Assembly: GCA_963770835.1 (NCBI GenBank)
Contig: CAVYRH010000004.1
Coordinates: 1-64,000, forward strand
Origin: an uncultured Pseudomonadota bacterium
GTDB taxonomy: Bacteria; Oederibacteriota; Muellerivitia; Muellerivitales; Muellerivitaceae
Direction: 5' to 3'
DNA length: 64,000 bases
In this document: positions 49,815 to 59,118 of the stretch, one piece after another
How positions within the stretch are numbered: position 1 is the stretch's first letter
Layout: every line of letters starts with the position of its first letter
Translations under genes and position numbers: made by a program
Notes under the pieces: model-generated
What the model was told of the DNA's origin: nothing
What the model saw: only the letters and a program-made list of their open reading frames with translations
Databases searched by the model: none

Positions 49815-51208
49815 AGAAAAATTTCTTTCCTATATTTTCCTTTTTGTTCCGGTGGGATGGGACGGTGGACCGAGGGGCCTATGTGTTGACGGGCTTCTCC
49901 GGGTTTCTCCTCAAGCACAACATCGATCGGCTGGTGGCCACCTTGGTTTATGGGAAGACCTGGGGCCTCTTTAATTATTTCATCCCGCCGAAGGACGCCT
50001 TAACCGCCTTGGCGCCCAACGACCTCCAGATGCTTTTGACCCTTTTGGCCCTCTCCCTCCCCTTCGTCTGGGTGGGGGTGGTGCTGACCCTGAGGCGGCT
50101 CAGGTCCGCGGGGCTGCCCCTACCCTGGGTGTTCTTCTTTTTTGTGCCGGTGCTCAATCTTCTTTTTTTCCTGATCCTGGCCTTGATGCCGCCCGTTTCA
50201 GGCGCGGCGGAGGTGACTGGGAAGCCTCAGGGCTGGGTTAAAAGAGTTCTGGACCGAGTCATCCCCACCAATCCCTGGGGTAACGCGGCCCTGGCCGCCT
50301 TTGCGACGGCAGTGGTCGGCGGCGCGGCCACAGCGGTCAGCGTGCTGGTCTTCAACACCTACGGCTGGACCCTCTTCGTGGCCACGCCCTTCGGCATGGG
50401 GCTCCTGGCGGCCCTGCTGCACGGCTACCACCATCCGAAAGGAATACGGGAGTGCGTCAGCGTAGCTGGGCTTTCCTGCTTCATCCTGGGGCTTGGCTTC
50501 CTAGCTTTTGCCTTCGAAGGAATCATCTGCCTGATCATGGCCATGCCCCTGGCGTTGGCCCTGTCGGCGCTGGGGGGAGTGGTGGGCTACGTGATCCAAA
50601 AAAAACAGGCCCGCCGATCCCTGGCGGCCCTGGCTTCCCTACTCCTCTTTCTTCCCTTAACGATGGGGATGGAAGCGGCCCAACCGCCGACTCCCACGGT
50701 TTTCGAGGTGAAGAGCTCGGTGGATATCCAGGCGCCACCGGAGAAGGTCTGGAAGAACGTGGTGGCCTTCACCGAAATCCCGCCGCCCCACGAAGTGCTC
50801 TTCAAAGTAGGAGTGGCCTATCCCATCCGCGCGGAAATCACGGGCAAGGGCCCGGGCGCGGTGCGGCACTGCGTCTTTTCCACCGGCCCCTTCGTGGAGC
50901 CCATCCAGGTCTGGGACGAGCCGAGGCTGCTCAAGTTCTCCGTCACCGACAACCCGGCGCCCATGCAGGAATGGACGCCCTACCACGAAATCCACCCGCC
51001 CCACCTGCACAACTTCCTGGTTTCCAACGGGGGCCAGTTCCGCCTGATCCCGCTTTCCAACGGCGGAACCCGGCTGGAAGGCACCACCTGGTACCTGCAC
51101 CACATGTGGCCCTCTCTATACTGGCAGGTTTGGTCGGATGAGATCATCCATGAAATCCACATGAGGGTTTTGAACCATATCAAAATGAAGTCGGAGGAAA
51201 AATCATGA
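49811..51208 (+). CDS. Membrane protein with a DUF805-like N-terminus and an SRPBCC/START C-terminal domain
   Basis: GTVDRGAY...LTLRRLRSAG...VPVLNL; EGIICLIMA; VKSSVDIQAPPEKVW; IHMRVLNHIK. Confidence 0.75.
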   Translation: MKKNFFPIFSFLFRWDGTVDRGAYVLTGFSGFLLKHNIDRLVATLVYGKTWGLFNYFIPPKDALTALAPNDLQMLLTLLALSLPFVWVGVVLTLRRLRSAGLPLPWVFFFFVPVLNLLFFLILALMPPVSGAAEVTGKPQGWVKRVLDRVIPTNPWGNAALAAFATAVVGGAATAVSVLVFNTYGWTLFVATPFGMGLLAALLHGYHHPKGIRECVSVAGLSCFILGLGFLAFAFEGIICLIMAMPLALALSALGGVVGYVIQKKQARRSLAALASLLLFLPLTMGMEAAQPPTPTVFEVKSSVDIQAPPEKVWKNVVAFTEIPPPHEVLFKVGVAYPIRAEITGKGPGAVRHCVFSTGPFVEPIQVWDEPRLLKFSVTDNPAPMQEWTPYHEIHPPHLHNFLVSNGGQFRLIPLSNGGTRLEGTTWYLHHMWPSLYWQVWSDEIIHEIHMRVLNHIKMKSEEKS

Positions 51209-51891
51209 CGGATAAGAAAACACAAGTCGAAAAAATCCAGAAAGCAGACAAGACAAAGCAAAAAATACTCGAAGCCTCCCTGGATCTTTTCCTGAAGAAG
51301 GGCTATGAGAATACCACCATGCGGGAAATCGCCAGGGCCGTGGGCCTGGCGCCCGGGGCCGCCTACTACCACTTCGACGCCAAGGAACATATCATCCAGG
51401 CTTTTTACGAGATGTCCTTCGAGGAGCACCTGCCCGAGGTGGAGCGGGTGCTGGCCAAGGAGAGGGACCTCCAGAAGCTGATCGCGGGCGTCACGCGCGC
51501 CCACATGATGATCGCGGAGAAATACCACGCCATCTCCAAGGCGCTCTTCACCACTGCAGGGGATCCGGACCACGTGTTGTCGCCCTTCAGCGCCCAGTCC
51601 AAGCCCTTAAGGGAGCGCAACATCGAAATCTATAAGAAGGTGATGGACGTTACCACCAGCCCTGTTCCCGCGAAACTAAAGCCCAAGCTGCCGGAGCTCC
51701 TTTGGATGTACAAGATGGGGATCATCCTCTATTGGATCTACGACCGCTCGCCGCGACAGCGGAAGACCTTCCAGCTGATCAGCCAAAGCTCCATCCTGAT
51801 CGCCCGGCTCATTAAGCTTTCCAACCTGCCGGTCTTGAAAGGATTTTCCGAGCAAATCGTGAAGATGTTCTATAAGTACAAGTTTTATTAA
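51205..51891 (+). CDS. TetR family transcriptional regulator
   Basis: TKQKILEASLDLF...GYENTTMREIARAVGLAPGAAYYHFDAKE. Confidence 0.92.
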   Translation: MTDKKTQVEKIQKADKTKQKILEASLDLFLKKGYENTTMREIARAVGLAPGAAYYHFDAKEHIIQAFYEMSFEEHLPEVERVLAKERDLQKLIAGVTRAHMMIAEKYHAISKALFTTAGDPDHVLSPFSAQSKPLRERNIEIYKKVMDVTTSPVPAKLKPKLPELLWMYKMGIILYWIYDRSPRQRKTFQLISQSSILIARLIKLSNLPVLKGFSEQIVKMFYKYKFY

Positions 51892-51986
51892 CGGCAGTTG
51901 ACAGCTGGCAGTTCACAGTCGACAGGGAAAGATAAAAGGCAACGGCCAGCCAAAAATCGGGAACAATTGAGTAATCGGAGGTTTTT

Positions 51987-52895
51987 ATGGGAAAAGTGAT
52001 TCTAGCCGGTGGAAGCGGGTTTATCGGACAGGGCTTGGCGAAAAGGTTCGCCGCCCAAGGGGATGAAGTGGTGGTTTTAAGCCGGTCTTCAAAAACGCAA
52101 GCCGGAAAGGTAACTACCCTCCAATGGGATGGGAAGACCCTGGGGGATTGGGCCCAAGCCATTGAGGGTGCCGACCTGGTCATCAACCTTGCCGGCAAAA
52201 GCGTGAATTGCCGCTACAACGAGAAGAACAAAAAGGCCATTCTGGATTCCCGCGTGGATTCCACCCGCGTGCTGGGCAAGGCCATTCAACAGGCCAAAAA
52301 CCCGCCCCGGCTTTGGATCAATTCCAGTACCGCCACCATCTACCGCCACGCGGAAGACCGGCCCATGGATGAGGAAACCGGAGAAATCGGCAGCGGGTTT
52401 TCGGTGAACGTTGCCAAGGCTTGGGAAAAGACTTTTTTCGAAATCGAAACCCCTAAGACCCGCAAGGTCGCCCTTAGATCCGCCATTGTTTTGGGGAAAG
52501 AAGGCGGCGTTTTCATCCCATTCAAAAATCTGGTGAAGTTCGGCTTGGGCGGCACCCAGGGGAGCGGAAGGCAGATGTTCAGCTGGATCCACGAAGAGGA
52601 CTTATTCGAAATCATCTGGTTCATCCAGACCCGTGAGGATATGACCGGGGTGGTCAATGTCTCGGCCCCCAATCCCCTCCCCAACCGGGAGATTATGAAG
52701 GCATTCCGTATGGCACTCAACCGCCCCCTGGGCCTTCCAGCCCCCGCCTGGCTTTTGGAGGTCGGAGCCTTCCTGATCCGCACCGAAACCGAACTGCTTT
52801 TGAAAAGCCGGTGGGTGGTGCCTACCCGTCTACTCAACGCCGGCTATCAGTTCAAATATCCCACGGTTCCAAAGGCCTTGGCCTGCTTCGTTTGA
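51987..52895 (+). CDS. TIGR01777 family oxidoreductase (YfcH-like, DUF1731)
   Basis: AGGSGFIG, INLAG, GSGRQMFSWIH and C-terminal VVPTRLLNAGYQFKYP motifs. Confidence 0.9.
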   Translation: MGKVILAGGSGFIGQGLAKRFAAQGDEVVVLSRSSKTQAGKVTTLQWDGKTLGDWAQAIEGADLVINLAGKSVNCRYNEKNKKAILDSRVDSTRVLGKAIQQAKNPPRLWINSSTATIYRHAEDRPMDEETGEIGSGFSVNVAKAWEKTFFEIETPKTRKVALRSAIVLGKEGGVFIPFKNLVKFGLGGTQGSGRQMFSWIHEEDLFEIIWFIQTREDMTGVVNVSAPNPLPNREIMKAFRMALNRPLGLPAPAWLLEVGAFLIRTETELLLKSRWVVPTRLLNAGYQFKYPTVPKALACFV

Positions 52896-52913
52896 CTGCG
52901 TTATGATATTCCC

Positions 52914-53342
52914 ATGCTCAGGAAAATTAGCCTCAGCGCCATGGTGTTCACTTATTTCTTCGCGGGGTTGGCCCATTTTCTCAAAGCCGATTACTACCTT
53001 AGCTTCATCCCTGCGGTCGTCCCTCAGGCCCGATTTCTGGTCCAATTGTCCGGCGCGGCTCAAATCATTCTCGCCGTTCTTTTGGCCATCCCCAAAACCC
53101 GTCGGGGGGCCTGCTACGCCATTCTTTTGCTTTGGAGCATTTCCCTACCCCTCAACATTTACACTGTGGCGACAGGAGGTGTGGGAACCCCCTTCACCTC
53201 ATGGCAATTGAAGGCACTCATACCTTTCCACCTCCTGTTGATGCTATGGGCTTTTTTGCTCAGCCAGGAACCGACGGGCCATCGGCAATCTCGAGTCTCG
53301 AAGAAAAAATTCAAAATCATGAAATCAACGGTTGAACAATGA
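52914..53342 (+). CDS. DoxX-like membrane protein
   Basis: FAGLAHF, LVQLSGAAQI and LPLNIY motifs. Confidence 0.7.
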   Translation: MLRKISLSAMVFTYFFAGLAHFLKADYYLSFIPAVVPQARFLVQLSGAAQIILAVLLAIPKTRRGACYAILLLWSISLPLNIYTVATGGVGTPFTSWQLKALIPFHLLLMLWAFLLSQEPTGHRQSRVSKKKFKIMKSTVEQ

Positions 53343-54091
53343 AAAAACCAATGACCCCGGATTCTTCCCCAGCCTTCAATGAATATGGCGTCGATACGCC
53401 GCAGGTGACGGGCTTCCTTTTAGGATGGGGGCTTTTTTTAGCGCTCTTGGCTTGGGTCTTGGGCCGCCGTCCTCTCCAGGAATTTGCCGACGGGTTCCTG
53501 GGGTGCCTTTTCCTGGCCTCCGGCTTTCTTTTGTTCGTTGTGGCTTTGTGGATGATATGGACCGGATGGAAGGGAAAATCGGTGGCCTGTCGGCGGTTGT
53601 TGGACAGCCTGCAATTGAAGGGCAACGAAAAGCTTTTGGACTTGGGTTGTGGCAGGGGACTGGTTTTAATGGAGGCGGCTAAACGCCTGCCGCGGGGCCG
53701 TGCCGTGGGGTTGGACAACTGGTCCCAGGCTTATCTCTTTCAAAACAACCGGGAAAGAACTCTTTTCAACGCCAAGGCCGCCGGCGCTGAAAAAAAAGTG
53801 GAGGTGGTTACCGGGGACATGCGCCGGATTCCTTTTCCCCGGGGCCGTTTCGGCGCAGTGACTGCCTATTTGGCGATCCACCGCATCCGGGAAAAGGAAG
53901 GACGCCTCAAGGCCCTCCAGGAAGCCGGGCGGGTCCTTAAAAAAGGGGGACGGTTAGCCCTGCAGGATTTCCAATACAACCGCCAAATCGCCGAGGACTT
54001 GAGGAAAATAGGTTTTCAAAAAGTCCGGGTTTCAAAACTATCGCTTCTGACCTTCCCGCCGTTGAGGCGGATTACCGCCGTCAAGAAATAA
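53339..54091 (+). CDS. Class I SAM-dependent methyltransferase with N-terminal TM segments
   Basis: LLDLGCGRG, GDMRRIPFP and RVLKKGG motifs. Confidence 0.85.
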   Translation: MKKPMTPDSSPAFNEYGVDTPQVTGFLLGWGLFLALLAWVLGRRPLQEFADGFLGCLFLASGFLLFVVALWMIWTGWKGKSVACRRLLDSLQLKGNEKLLDLGCGRGLVLMEAAKRLPRGRAVGLDNWSQAYLFQNNRERTLFNAKAAGAEKKVEVVTGDMRRIPFPRGRFGAVTAYLAIHRIREKEGRLKALQEAGRVLKKGGRLALQDFQYNRQIAEDLRKIGFQKVRVSKLSLLTFPPLRRITAVKK

Positions 54092-54507
54092 CCCTCTTTC
54101 CCTTAGGAACCGCAAGGGCTCAGGTCTTTAAACGGGGCTGATCTTAATTTCCCGCCCCGAATGGATAAATTTAGAACTTCGAGAGAAAAGCCGGGGAATC
54201 ACTTCCGCAGCAAGGGAAGTGCCCCAAATGGAGGGAGGTTTTTCCACGTGAAAACGGTCTCCCGGAAAGGGACCATTGTAGAATCGAAAAAACCGAGGAA
54301 TAATTTTGTAGCAATAACCCCGGAAACCCACCCAAGGCGGTCTCGGCGAAAATGGATGGGAGAAATATCGTGCAACCGGAGCTGCCGTTTCCCGATAGAT
54401 TTTCAACCCCAAGCCCGCCTCGACCCGTCAAGATCTGGAATTTATTAAGAAACGGCCTGATACCTATTCCGAACCGGGCTTGACAGCGGAAGGGCCTCGT
54501 TTAAAAT

Positions 54508-55266
54508 TTGTTGGTGTTATATTCACAAATGTTCATCCTTGCCGAGGAAACCGAGCTTTCTCTTGAAAAACTCGGGAAGTTGCTGGGGGTATCGGGCATG
54601 ACCTTGCGGCGTTGGCGCCGGCAAAAGCCGGATTCGGTCCTTCCTTCCACCTACGAGCGGTCCTTTTCCTGTGGCATTGAGCAAATGGTGGTTGATGGAA
54701 CTCTTTCGCCCGAATCCAAACTGGCCCGTTCGGTGATGTCCAAAAGCCGCCGGCGGTCATTTCAAGCAGCGCTGAAATCCCTGGGTTTTTCACCGGCCCT
54801 GTTGGAAGGAAACCGGGACCCCAACGACCGGTTGATGCTGGGATTGTCCCAAATCGCGAACGACCTCTCGAGGGTCAAGAAGGTCGACCGCAGTTGGAGG
54901 CTGATTTCCCGCCTTTCCCGGATGGGGGAAGAATGGAAACGGCGCATTGAAGGGCTCAAACAAGTCATTTTTTCGCCCCGTCTGGGAACCTTGGACAAGC
55001 TGGTGGCTTATGGAGCCCTTTTTTATTTGGTTACCCCTTTTGACCTGATCCCCGACGACATACCGGTCTTTGGTTATTTAGACGATTTCGCCATTTTAGG
55101 GCTGGCCTTGGCTTTTTACATGAAGCGGTTCCCCCAACTGTTGGAAAGGGGTGGGGTGGGGAAGCCCGCCAGAAGTCCCCTTCTCGCCTCCGCAGTGGAA
55201 TCCACCTCTCCACCTCCCAAGGTCCGGCGGCCCAAACGCACTCTCCTCCGGGAAAAATCAGGATGA
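54508..55266 (+). CDS. HTH plus DUF1232 (YkvA) domain protein; start uncertain (54508 or 54529)
   Basis: N-terminal LSLEKLGKLLGVSGMTLRRW; C-terminal ALFYLVTPFDLIPDDIPVFGYLDD. Confidence 0.7.
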   Translation: MLVLYSQMFILAEETELSLEKLGKLLGVSGMTLRRWRRQKPDSVLPSTYERSFSCGIEQMVVDGTLSPESKLARSVMSKSRRRSFQAALKSLGFSPALLEGNRDPNDRLMLGLSQIANDLSRVKKVDRSWRLISRLSRMGEEWKRRIEGLKQVIFSPRLGTLDKLVAYGALFYLVTPFDLIPDDIPVFGYLDDFAILGLALAFYMKRFPQLLERGGVGKPARSPLLASAVESTSPPPKVRRPKRTLLREKSG

Positions 55267-55772
55267 ACCTATTACATGTTCTCAGCAGCGACTTTGTATC
55301 GGGTTCCGAAACCTCTACGGCCGCGCTGGCTGCGGAGCAGATGAAGAATGGCCACCATGTGTTCATTGCCGCCGGAAGCTTCAGCCAACCCACCCAAGCC
55401 AAGTTCATAAGGGTGCCGATCTTCGACCGGGGCCCTCTCCGGCGCCTGATGAATGTCGGCGCGATCCGGCGCGTCATCCTCGACGAAGGCATCGATATCG
55501 TTCATGCCCACTCGCGGGCCGCCAGCTGGATTTGTTATTGGGCTTGCCGCCTCACGGGGACCGCCTACCTTTCCACACTCCATGGCCGCCAACACCTGCA
55601 TTTTTCCAACCGCTACTTTAATATTTACGGTCCCCGGTGCATCGCGGTCTGCGAAAACATCCGCGAACAAATGCTCCAGGAAACCGCGGCCTTCCAGGCG
55701 GACCAATTAGCCGTCATCCGCAACGGCATACCCCTGGCCGCCCAAAAGGGCTCAACCCACAGGTTCAAATGA
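55263..55772 (+). CDS. Glycosyltransferase family 4, N-terminal domain
   Basis: LHVLS...SGSE, DIVHAHSR, STLHG, IAVCE and VIRNGI motifs. Confidence 0.8.
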   Translation: MNLLHVLSSDFVSGSETSTAALAAEQMKNGHHVFIAAGSFSQPTQAKFIRVPIFDRGPLRRLMNVGAIRRVILDEGIDIVHAHSRAASWICYWACRLTGTAYLSTLHGRQHLHFSNRYFNIYGPRCIAVCENIREQMLQETAAFQADQLAVIRNGIPLAAQKGSTHRFK

Positions 55773-55778
55773 GGTTTT

Positions 55779-57083
55779 ATGCCTAATCCGGTTGTTTTGA
55801 TTGTAGGCCGGCTTTCGGGCCCCAAAAATTTGGTCGTGCTGGTCATTCTGCGCACGGCCGCGCCTGCGGTGCTGAAAAAGTTTCCCGGCACAAGGTTCGA
55901 CGTGATCGGCGGGCCGGTCACGGAAGAACACCGGAAATTGGAAAAACAGTTTTCCTATATCCGCTTTCACGGGCATCAAAAGAACCCCGATCCTTTTTAC
56001 CGGAAGGCGACGGTGGTCATCGGAGCGGGCCGCGTGGCGCTGGAAGCCATGGCCCTCCAAAAACCCGTGGTGGCCATCGGCGAGCGCAAGTACATCGGCC
56101 CCCTGCGCCCGGATAACCTTGAAGCGGCCAAAGCCACCAATTTCGGCGATTGCCTGGAAGAGGAAGATTTCAACTGGAGCCGGCTGACGCGGGACCTTTT
56201 GGACCTCCTGGGGGACAAGAAAAAACGGGATCTGGCCGCCAAGACCGGTTTTCAGTTGTTGAAAGACGAATACGACCTCGGCAAGGTGGCCGCCCAAACG
56301 GAGGCCCTGTACCAAAAAGCACTTTTGGAAAAAAACATTTCTCGTTTCCACGAAATTCCGGTGCTGATGTACCACAGGGTCGTGGAGAAGGCCCCGGATT
56401 CCTCCAAATACAATGTTTACGTCACCCGCGAGACCCTGGAAGAGCAACTACGTTTCCTGAGAAACCACGGATTTGCGACGATCACCTTTGAGGACTTTTC
56501 AACCCGCCGAGTTCCCTCGAAGCCCGTCATCCTCACCTTCGATGATGGTTATGAGGATAACTATCTCCACCTATTCCCGTTACTCAAGAAGTACCATATG
56601 AAAGCGGTGGTTTATATCCTGGGCAACCGCAGGCACAAGAACAACTTTTGGGATATCCCCCAAGGCGAACCGGAAGCATCCCTTTTAAAAGAAAAGCAAA
56701 TCCGGGAAATGTCCAACAGCGGCCTGGTGGAATTCGGCGCGCATTCGATGAACCACGCAAGACTGACGGAATTGAAGCCTTTGGAAATTCGAAAGGAAGT
56801 GGAAGGGTCCTATAAAACGATCAGTGAACTTTTAGGAAAACCGGTCCTTTCCTTCGCCTATCCTTACGGTCAGCTCAACGCGGAGATCAAAAAAATAACC
56901 GCGCAAGCAGGCTATCCTTTCGGAATAGCCGTGAAGGGACGGTTCAGCCGATTCGGGGACGACCTTATGGAAATCCGCCGGGTGCATATGTTCCCCAATA
57001 CCTCGCTTTTTGACTTCTGGAAGAAAACCAGCGGGTTCTATCATCGCTACCGGAAGTGGACGGGAAAATTCGATGCCGCCTAA
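55779..57083 (+). CDS. GT4 C-terminal domain fused to a polysaccharide deacetylase (CE4)
   Basis: VGRLSGPK and GAGRVALEAMA; PVLMYHRV, LTFDDGY, FGAHSMNH and FAYPYG. Confidence 0.85.
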   Translation: MPNPVVLIVGRLSGPKNLVVLVILRTAAPAVLKKFPGTRFDVIGGPVTEEHRKLEKQFSYIRFHGHQKNPDPFYRKATVVIGAGRVALEAMALQKPVVAIGERKYIGPLRPDNLEAAKATNFGDCLEEEDFNWSRLTRDLLDLLGDKKKRDLAAKTGFQLLKDEYDLGKVAAQTEALYQKALLEKNISRFHEIPVLMYHRVVEKAPDSSKYNVYVTRETLEEQLRFLRNHGFATITFEDFSTRRVPSKPVILTFDDGYEDNYLHLFPLLKKYHMKAVVYILGNRRHKNNFWDIPQGEPEASLLKEKQIREMSNSGLVEFGAHSMNHARLTELKPLEIRKEVEGSYKTISELLGKPVLSFAYPYGQLNAEIKKITAQAGYPFGIAVKGRFSRFGDDLMEIRRVHMFPNTSLFDFWKKTSGFYHRYRKWTGKFDAA

Positions 57084-57828
57084 ACTTTCGGTGGTTGTCA
57101 TCACCCTCAACGAGGAGAAAAATATCGTCCGGTGCCTCAAGAGCCTCCGATTCTCCAAGAAACCGGAAGTCCTGGTGGTAGACGCCCAAAGCAAAGACAA
57201 AACCGTAAGTGTGGCCCGGAAACTGGGAGCCAAGGTTTTCGTCCGTCCCTGGAAGGGCTATTCGGACCAGAAGAACTGGGCTTTCACCAAGTGCCAGGGG
57301 GATTGGATCCTGTCCCTGGACGCGGATGAGGAATTGACGCCGGCCCTGGCCCAAGAAATTGAGGCCATCGTTTCCAAACCAGCCCAGGACGTGGACGCCT
57401 TTTTCATCAAGCGCCGGGCCTTTTTCCTGGGTAAATGGATCAAGCATTGCGGCTGGTGGCCGGACGCGCAATTGAGGCTACTCCGCCGGGGCAAGGGAAA
57501 ATTCTCCAACCGTCCCGTGCACGAGGGGCTGGAAGTAAAGGGGAGGGCCCTGACCTTAGTGGAGCCCATGAACCATTACACCTACCATTCCATCGATCAG
57601 TACTTGGAGAAGATGGAGCGTTACTCGGACCTTTTCTGCCAAAGCGCGCCGTCCAAGAAGAAAAATTTCTGGTGGGCCTACCTCGTCTTTATGCCCGGCT
57701 GGACCTTCCTCAAAATGTTTTTCCTCAAGCTGGGCTTCCTGGACGGCTGGCGGGGGATGCAAGTCTGCGGGCTCTCCGCCTATCATGAATACGTGAAATA
57801 TAAAAAGCTTGGCCGGAAGAAAGGTTAG
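57073..57828 (+). CDS. Glycosyltransferase family 2 (LPS-core beta-1,4-glucosyltransferase-like)
   Basis: LSVVVITLNEE, QKNWA, WILSLDADE, VHE and LGFLDG motifs. Confidence 0.88.
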   Translation: MPPKLSVVVITLNEEKNIVRCLKSLRFSKKPEVLVVDAQSKDKTVSVARKLGAKVFVRPWKGYSDQKNWAFTKCQGDWILSLDADEELTPALAQEIEAIVSKPAQDVDAFFIKRRAFFLGKWIKHCGWWPDAQLRLLRRGKGKFSNRPVHEGLEVKGRALTLVEPMNHYTYHSIDQYLEKMERYSDLFCQSAPSKKKNFWWAYLVFMPGWTFLKMFFLKLGFLDGWRGMQVCGLSAYHEYVKYKKLGRKKG

Positions 57829-57832
57829 GAAG

Positions 57833-58279
57833 GTGATCCCCAAGGCCCTTTCCTACCGGACCCTCCAAAGCTGCCTTTTCCTCGGCATTCTCGCGGTGAA
57901 TGGTTTGGTGGACGGCTTGTTCTTGAAGCTGGTCCGGTTCCGCGCCTTGAGCGGCTGGGAGGATGAGCTCGATTTTGATTCCCTCATATTCAATTGGAGC
58001 CGAATCCATGGGATAGTCCTTGCCGTGACGGGCTTGGGGCTAGCTGCAGTCCTTTTAAGTTTTTTCGCGGAGGGTTTTTACCGGCGGTTCGGTTGGATCC
58101 TGGCGCTGGTTTTCCTGGCCAGCATGGTTTATCCCTGGGGACTGGCTTTTCATTACGTAAGGTCGTTTCATATCATCCTTCTTTTCGGTATCTTGATCAA
58201 CGCCTATGGATTCCTGGTTTTGGCCTTTTTCAAGGGGCCGGCGGGGCTTTTAGGCACAGCGGAGAAGCGAGGCAAAAAG
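57833..58279 (+). CDS. Hypothetical membrane protein (reads in frame into glpE with no stop)
   Basis: About four hydrophobic segments; GTG start after AGGAAG. Confidence 0.45.
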
Positions 58280-58594
58280 ATGACTGCATTCAAGGAAATA
58301 CCGGTGGAAGAAGCCCAAAAGCTGCTGGAGTCGGGCAAGGCCGTCTTCGTGGACGTGCGGGACAACGCCTCCTACGAGGCCGCCCGCGTGCCGGGGGCGA
58401 TCCACTTGAACGACGCCAATGTGCAGGATTTCGTCACCAAGACCGACAAGTCAAAACCAGTGGTTTGTTACTGTTACCACGGCAACACCAGCCAGGGCGC
58501 GGCGGCCTACCTGACGGACCAGGGTTTCCAGGAAGTGTACAGCGTCATCGGCGGGTTTGAAGAGTGGCGGCAGACGGAGAAGATTGAAAATTGA
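58280..58594 (+). CDS. glpE: Thiosulfate sulfurtransferase GlpE (single-domain rhodanese)
   Basis: VDVRD, PGAIHL, CYHGNTSQGAA active-site loop and GGFEEW motifs. Confidence 0.85.
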   Translation: MTAFKEIPVEEAQKLLESGKAVFVDVRDNASYEAARVPGAIHLNDANVQDFVTKTDKSKPVVCYCYHGNTSQGAAAYLTDQGFQEVYSVIGGFEEWRQTEKIEN

Positions 58595-58624
58595 CCGGGA
58601 AGTTACGGTTATCAGGCGGACAAA

Positions 58625-59107
58625 ATGGGCGTATGGGATAAAGAATACCGATATTGGCTGATGAAGGCCGAGCCGGATGTTTATCCGGTCGAGCAATGGA
58701 AGAAGGACAAGGTCACCTTTTGGGACGGCGTGCGCAACTATACGGCCCGCAACTTCATGCGCGATAAGATGAAAAAGGGCGACGGCATGTTCTTCTACTA
58801 CTCGGGCGGCAAGCCCAGCGGCATCGCGGGGGTGGGAGAAATCGTGAAGGAAGGCTACCCCGACCACACCGCCTTCGATCCCAAGGACATCCATTTCGAC
58901 CCCAAGAGCGACCCGAAAAAGCCTTCCTGGTACATGGTGGACGTGAAATACGTGAAGGCCTGCAAACAGATCCTGTCGCTGGATTTCCTCAAAAAAGTCC
59001 CCGGCCTCAAGAATATGGCCCTTTTCAAGTATTCGCGGCTTTCAGTCCAGCCGGTCACCGAAGCCGAATGGAAGATCATCAACCGCTTGATCGATTCCCA
59101 GGAGTAA
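58625..59107 (+). CDS. EVE domain protein
   Basis: YWLMKAEP, WDGVRNYTARNFMR and SRLSVQPV motifs. Confidence 0.92.
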   Translation: MGVWDKEYRYWLMKAEPDVYPVEQWKKDKVTFWDGVRNYTARNFMRDKMKKGDGMFFYYSGGKPSGIAGVGEIVKEGYPDHTAFDPKDIHFDPKSDPKKPSWYMVDVKYVKACKQILSLDFLKKVPGLKNMALFKYSRLSVQPVTEAEWKIINRLIDSQE

Positions 59108-59118
59108 ACTAAGCCCCT

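Noticed and set aside
54240..54255. parS-like sequence TTTTCCACGTGAAAAC
   Set aside because: Three mismatches to TGTTNCACGTGAAACA, single copy, and no parAB in the window.
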